Below the pieces are notes generated by a model that was not told where the DNA came from, did not search any database, and saw only the letters and a program-made list of their open reading frames with translations. Shown here one piece after another: positions 59,262-64,000 of a DNA stretch of 64,000 nucleotides (positions within the stretch are counted from its first letter, which is position 1; the number at the start of each line of letters is the position of its first letter). Origin of the DNA: Salibacteraceae bacterium (lineage in GTDB: Bacteria; Bacteroidota; Bacteroidia; Flavobacteriales_G; Salibacteraceae); NCBI GenBank assembly GCA_041563475.1, contig JBFFMY010000002.1, positions 20,794-84,793 on the forward strand, written 5' to 3'. The position numbers were made by a program, and so were the translations under genes.

Positions 59262-59320
59262 GTGAAAATATTTCCTCCTACAAATTTAAGTGGAATCAGA
59301 GTTAAAAAAATTTTGTTACA

Positions 59321-59353
59321 AAAAAACCCCTTCCTTTTCAAGAAGAGGTTTTC
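59321..59353 (-). terminator. probable intrinsic terminator after the TPR gene
   Basis: The minus-strand RNA reads aaaaCCTCTTC-ttgaaaag-GAAGGGGtttttt (7 bp including one G-U). Confidence 0.45.
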
Positions 59354-59371
59354 AAAAAAAAAAAAAAATAA

Positions 59372-60526
59372 TTATTCCGCAGAACCTTTTTCCATGTCTG
59401 CTTTAATTTTATTGTAATTTTCTGTATCGCTTGTGCGCAAATAAAGTTTCATTAGAATACCTTGAACTTCGGTATCATTTGGATCTAGCTCATATGCTTT
59501 TCTTAGGTATGGAAGAGCTTTTGCATAAATACCATCTAACTCTGCTTTTTTAGCATCGTATTCCTTTGCCGCACTCAAAGGAAGATTATTCATTTCTTCC
59601 ACTACACTTCTTGACTCATTTACATACAACGCTCCTAAATCATGATTAGCATCCAAATGATTTGGGTCAATCTCCAATGTTTTTTTATAATCTGCCTCAG
59701 CAGATACCAAATCTCCTAAACTCTCTTTCAGTTTACCTCTAACATAGTAGTAAGAAGCCTTTTCTGGGTCAGCTGCAATCGCTTTATCAATATTCGCAAT
59801 TGCCTTTTCAGTCTCGCCCATTTCCACATAAATGTTAAATTCAGCAATAAGCAATTGTTGATTATCCGGATAGGCTAATCTTCCTGCTCCCAATACTTCA
59901 ACAGCTTTAGCGGTGTCTCCCAAGGCTTTATATTGACTTGCTAAATTGGCATAAATGGCACCATCTTTATATCCAGAACCCTTAATTTTTGAAAAGTATT
60001 CAATAGATTTTTCGTGATCTTCTCCAGCTGCTGCAGCATTTGCAGCATAATAATACCCCAAAGTATCAAGCTCATCATATCCCTCTCTAATTTCACTACA
60101 ACCTGCAAAATACTTTGAAGCTTGATTATAATCTTTGTTGTTATAAAACTCTACTCCTTCGTCCCACATTTTGTTGTAAACAAACAAATAAAGATATTTA
60201 TTCAACTCCGTTTCATCTGTTCTACTATCTGCAACTTTTTTGGCTGCTTGAAATGCTTCTGCAGAAGTGAAAATTGCGCCATCTCTATAGGGTTTGGTTT
60301 GCTCTGTAGTATCAATTGCAATTGCATAATAGATTTTACCTACATAAATAAGAGTTTTAGGCTGGCCTTGTGTTTTAGGATGCACAGAGGCTTCATCAAT
60401 AGCAACCTTAGCTTTAATTAATTCTCCTTGATTTAAATAACTTCCGGCTGATGTAACCTTAGGATTTTGAGCATAAGTGTAACTTCCTATTGCCACAAGC
60501 ATGATTGCCAAAACAACATTTTTCAT
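59372..60526 (-). CDS. secreted tetratricopeptide-repeat protein
   Basis: Signal peptide MKNVVLAIMLVAIGSYTYAQ and multiple TPR units (e.g. AEADYKKTLEIDPNHLDANHDLGALY). Confidence 0.75.
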   Translation of the reverse strand: MKNVVLAIMLVAIGSYTYAQNPKVTSAGSYLNQGELIKAKVAIDEASVHPKTQGQPKTLIYVGKIYYAIAIDTTEQTKPYRDGAIFTSAEAFQAAKKVADSRTDETELNKYLYLFVYNKMWDEGVEFYNNKDYNQASKYFAGCSEIREGYDELDTLGYYYAANAAAAGEDHEKSIEYFSKIKGSGYKDGAIYANLASQYKALGDTAKAVEVLGAGRLAYPDNQQLLIAEFNIYVEMGETEKAIANIDKAIAADPEKASYYYVRGKLKESLGDLVSAEADYKKTLEIDPNHLDANHDLGALYVNESRSVVEEMNNLPLSAAKEYDAKKAELDGIYAKALPYLRKAYELDPNDTEVQGILMKLYLRTSDTENYNKIKADMEKGSAE

Positions 60527-60568
60527 ATTCTATCTTTTTATATTCGACCTTATTTATCGGCCGCAAAA

Positions 60569-63115
60569 TTAATTATTATTTTCCTCTTCGCTTGCATTAT
60601 CCGTGCCATCCACGTTATCTGATTCATCAGAAAAATCATTAAACTCGGAATCTACTTCATTTTCCAACTCCTCATCTTCATGTGGCACCTTTGCAACTGC
60701 TGCAATACTGTCTCCAGAACCAAGGTTTATTAAACGAACTCCTTGCGTAGCACGACCCATAACACGGATTGATTTTAAATCCATTCGAATGGTTATACCC
60801 TTTTTGTTAATAATCATTAAATCATCTTCATCAGAAACATTTTTAATGGATATTAATTTACCTGTTTTCTCTGTCACCTGAAGTGTTTTTACTCCCTTTC
60901 CACCTCTATTGGTAATTCGGTAATCATCTACAGCGGTACGTTTACCAAACCCATTTTCAGAAACCACTAATACGCTAGAGTCAACATCATCAACGCAAAT
61001 CATACCAATTACCGCATCATCCTTAGAGGCTAAAGTAATTCCACGTACACCCGAGGCTCCACGACCCATTGTTCGTACTTTACTTTCCTCAAATCGAATT
61101 GCACGCCCGGAATGTAAAGCCATAATAATTTGAGAATTACCAGTGGTTAATTTCGCTTCTAGTAATTCGTCATTTTCTCGAATATTAATCGCAATGATAC
61201 CGTTCGTTCTAGGACGAGAATATGCCTCCAAACTGGTTTTTTTAACAACACCGTTTTTGGTACACATTACAATATTCATACTTTTTAAGTATTCTTCATC
61301 CTTTAGATCTTCTACATTGATATACGCCAATACTTTGTCGTCACTTTCAATGTTAATCATGTTTTGAATGGCTCTACCTTTTGAAGTTTTGTTTCCTTCT
61401 GGAATCTCAAAAGCACGCATCCAGAAACATTTTCCTTTCTTAGTAAATACCAATACATAATTATGGGTATTTGCTACAAACATTTCTTCAAGGAAATCCT
61501 CCGTTCTTGTAGTTGACCCTCTAGAGCCTCTTCCGCCTCTTGCTTGAGTTTTAAACTCCGTTAATAAGGTACGTTTGATATAGCCTAAATGAGAAATAGT
61601 TACCACCACTTGCTCATTTGGTATCATATCTTCAATACGGAAATCGGAAGAATTGTACTCAATAGAGGTCATTCTTTCATCACCATATTTGTCACGGATA
61701 TTTGTTAATTCTTCAACAACTATTGAATAACGTAAAACTTCATTCGCCAAAATTTCTTTCAATCGGTCGATGGTCGACATTAACTCATCATATTCAGTAC
61801 GTAATTTATCCTGCTCTAAGCCCGTTAACTGACGTAAGCGCATTTCAACAATGGCGCGTGCTTGAATTTCGGATAATTTGAAGCGTTCAATTAGTTTATT
61901 TCGGGCTTCCTCGGTATTACTTGAGGCTCTGATTAAAGCAATTACTTCATCAATATTATCAGAAGCAATAATTAACCCTTCTAAAATATGCGCGCGTTCT
62001 TCTGCTTTACGCAACTCAAATTGAGTCCTTCGGGTAACCACTTCCATACGATGATCCACAAAGTGACCAATCATATCTTTTAAGTTCAATAAATACGGAC
62101 GACCATGAACTAGGGCCACATTATTTACGGAGAACGAAGTTTGAAGCATCGTATGCTTGTACAAATTGTTTAAAACAACATTTGTAATGGCTTCTCTTTT
62201 TAGTTCATAAACAACCCGCATCCCATTTCTATCGGATTCATCTCGGATATCTGAAATTCCTTCAATTTTTTTATCATTTACCAAATCAGCAGTTCGGGCA
62301 ATCATATCTGCCTTGTTTACTAGAAAAGGTATTTCTGTAACGATAATTCTTTCACGTCCTGCTGGAGTTTCTTCAATCTCCGCCTTTCCACGCACAACAA
62401 TTCTTCCTCTACCAGTCTCAAACGCTTGACGCACTCCATCATATCCGTAAATTATTCCTCCAGTAGGAAAATCAGGGGCTTTAACATGCGTAAGTAGTTC
62501 ATCTATCTCAATATCTTTATTATCAATAAATGCTAAGATTCCATTTATTATTTCCGTCATATTGTGCGGAGGCATATTCGTAGCCATTCCGACCGCAATA
62601 CCACTCGCACCGTTTAATAACAGGTTAGGCAATAAAGCAGGAAGCACAGTTGGTTCCAGTAATGAATCATCGAAGTTCAAGCTAAAATCAACGGTTTCTT
62701 TTTCAATATCCGCCAACATTTCTTCCGACAACTTTTTTAATCTGGCTTCGGTATAACGCATGGCAGCAGGACTATCACCATCAACAGAGCCAAAGTTACC
62801 TTGCCCATCTACTAAAGGGTAACGTAATGACCAAGGCTGAGCCATCCGCACCATAGCATCGTAAACAGAAGAATCACCATGGGGGTGATACTTACCTAAA
62901 ACCTCCCCAACAATTCTGGCAGACTTTTTATATGCTTTGTTCGAATAAACACCTAAATCAAGCATTCCATAAAGCACCCTTCTGTGAACAGGTTTCATCC
63001 CGTCACGAACGTCTGGTAAAGCTCTTGAAACGATTACAGACATTGAATAATCAATGTATGCTGATTTCATTTCATCTTCGATGTTGATATTAATAATTTT
63101 TTCTCCTTCCGCCAT
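60569..63115 (-). CDS. gyrA: DNA gyrase subunit A
   Basis: [20 protein letters not shown] (QRDR), the catalytic Tyr in [11 protein letters not shown]-terminal beta-pinwheel repeats, and an acidic tail. Confidence 0.97.
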   Translation of the reverse strand: MAEGEKIININIEDEMKSAYIDYSMSVIVSRALPDVRDGMKPVHRRVLYGMLDLGVYSNKAYKKSARIVGEVLGKYHPHGDSSVYDAMVRMAQPWSLRYPLVDGQGNFGSVDGDSPAAMRYTEARLKKLSEEMLADIEKETVDFSLNFDDSLLEPTVLPALLPNLLLNGASGIAVGMATNMPPHNMTEIINGILAFIDNKDIEIDELLTHVKAPDFPTGGIIYGYDGVRQAFETGRGRIVVRGKAEIEETPAGRERIIVTEIPFLVNKADMIARTADLVNDKKIEGISDIRDESDRNGMRVVYELKREAITNVVLNNLYKHTMLQTSFSVNNVALVHGRPYLLNLKDMIGHFVDHRMEVVTRRTQFELRKAEERAHILEGLIIASDNIDEVIALIRASSNTEEARNKLIERFKLSEIQARAIVEMRLRQLTGLEQDKLRTEYDELMSTIDRLKEILANEVLRYSIVVEELTNIRDKYGDERMTSIEYNSSDFRIEDMIPNEQVVVTISHLGYIKRTLLTEFKTQARGGRGSRGSTTRTEDFLEEMFVANTHNYVLVFTKKGKCFWMRAFEIPEGNKTSKGRAIQNMINIESDDKVLAYINVEDLKDEEYLKSMNIVMCTKNGVVKKTSLEAYSRPRTNGIIAINIRENDELLEAKLTTGNSQIIMALHSGRAIRFEESKVRTMGRGASGVRGITLASKDDAVIGMICVDDVDSSVLVVSENGFGKRTAVDDYRITNRGGKGVKTLQVTEKTGKLISIKNVSDEDDLMIINKKGITIRMDLKSIRVMGRATQGVRLINLGSGDSIAAVAKVPHEDEELENEVDSEFNDFSDESDNVDGTDNASEEENNN

Positions 63116-63212
63116 AACGTAATATGTTTGTTTTCAGTATTTTAAATGAATTGGATAGGTGAAATCCAATGTTCACCGAAAATACTATTGGAGCATGAAA
63201 AAACACTGTTGA

Positions 63213-63260
63213 AAACACCCCTAATTACTAACAAAAATCTGTTAATAAATAGGGGTGTTT
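63213..63260. promoter_or_regulatory. long palindrome in the gyrA-clpC divergent promoter region (candidate operator)
   Basis: 11-bp perfect arms aaacaccccta / taggggtgttt (63213-63223 / 63250-63260), enclosing a second inverted repeat taaca-N6-tgtta. Confidence 0.35.
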
Positions 63261-63379
63261 AGCCCCCTTTAACCCTTTGTAGTTCCAATATTTTTGGTTC
63301 ATTCACATTAGAATGCCTTTATATGTTTTTTTTAGTATATTCATGGCTTCGAATAAACAAATAGAACAATTATATCAGT

Positions 63380-64000
63380 ATGGAAAATAACCTATCACCG
63401 CGTGCCAAAGATGTATTGACTTATAGCCGGGAAGAAGCTCTAAGACTAGGTCATGACTATATTGGTAACGAGCATTTTATGTTAGGGATAATACGTGAAG
63501 GCCAGGGAGTTGCAATAAAAATTTTGGAAAATCTTAATATGGATGTTCAGGAATTACGTAAACTAATTGAAGAAGCCATAAAATCCACTGGGTCATCTAT
63601 ATCTCAATCTAATCAAACCAATATCCCCTTAGTAAAACAAGCAGAAAAAACTTTGAAAATCACCTTTTTGGAAGCGAAGCTTTTTAAAAGCCGAATGATT
63701 GGAACAGAACATTTCCTTTTATCCATTTTAAAAGAGCACACAAATGTGGCAAGTAGAATTTTAGCGCGCTTTAATATCAATTACGACACTGTGAAAAACG
63801 AATTAGAAAATATTTTATCCGGTCAGGATTTAAATCCTGGTCCAAGAGCTGACATTTCAGATCCATCTCCAGAGGATGAGTCTGAAAAACAAAAAGGATT
63901 TGGAAGTTCATTTGGTGGATCGTCAAAATCGAAATCAGATTCTAAATCTAAAACGCCTGTTCTGGATAATTTCGGAAGAGATTTAACCGAAATGGCGGAA
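63380..64000 (+). CDS. clpC: ClpC-type AAA+ chaperone/Clp protease ATP-binding subunit (5' part, continues past the window edge)
   Basis: ATG at 63380, with the frame open to the window end (207 codons). Two Clp_N repeats (IGNEHFMLGIIREG, IGTEHFLLSILKE) and ...TPVLDNFGRDLTEMAE. It is missing from the ORF track because no stop lies in the window. Confidence 0.85.
   Translation, partial: MENNLSPRAKDVLTYSREEALRLGHDYIGNEHFMLGIIREGQGVAIKILENLNMDVQELRKLIEEAIKSTGSSISQSNQTNIPLVKQAEKTLKITFLEAKLFKSRMIGTEHFLLSILKEHTNVASRILARFNINYDTVKNELENILSGQDLNPGPRADISDPSPEDESEKQKGFGSSFGGSSKSKSDSKSKTPVLDNFGRDLTEMAE

Noticed and set aside
1-64000. Search for a defence island, prophage, toxin-antitoxin pair, CRISPR-Cas, a restriction-modification system or a secondary-metabolite cluster.
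   Set aside because: No nuclease/methylase pairs, phage structural or integrase genes, cas genes, or PKS/NRPS-type genes are recognisable. Gene content and spacing look like a core chromosome, so I do not claim a novel multi-gene system beyond the leads listed.

Overview
Gene-dense (~90% coding), AT-rich chromosomal segment. It is most likely from a Bacteroidota genome of the Flavobacteriia type. The taxonomic clues visible in the sequence are: a T9SS C-terminal sorting domain with SprB-type repeats, an exosortase XrtF pair, ribosomal protein bTHX, Bacteroidetes-style TAnnTTTG -7 promoter boxes, and essentially no Shine-Dalgarno sequences. I call about 57 CDS. Most are housekeeping genes (gyrA, mfd, recQ, fbp, ribBA, pyrD, dapD, pdxH, miaA, miaE, cca, ade, tpx, ggt, aat, hup, ssb, the clpC 5' end), together with envelope and membrane proteins. 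I found no rRNA, tRNA, CRISPR array, transposase, integrase or phage genes. I do not see a convincing new multi-gene defence-type system and will not claim one. The leads most worth follow-up are: (1) a four-gene translationally coupled operon, xrtF / XrtF-associated protein / pdxH / GT2 glycosyltransferase; (2) a standalone Swt1-like HEPN-domain protein whose catalytic His is replaced by Tyr; (3) the two largest non-coding regions (40385-40856 and 54299-54705), which share short motifs and hairpins, one ending in a strong intrinsic terminator and so a candidate sRNA; (4) a REP/MITE-like cluster of structured repeats at 16864-17098; (5) an operon of WG-repeat protein / TonB-C-like protein / DUF4301 (UGPase-like fold); (6) an 11-bp-arm palindrome between gyrA and clpC. 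All product calls come from motif recognition by eye. No database search was run.
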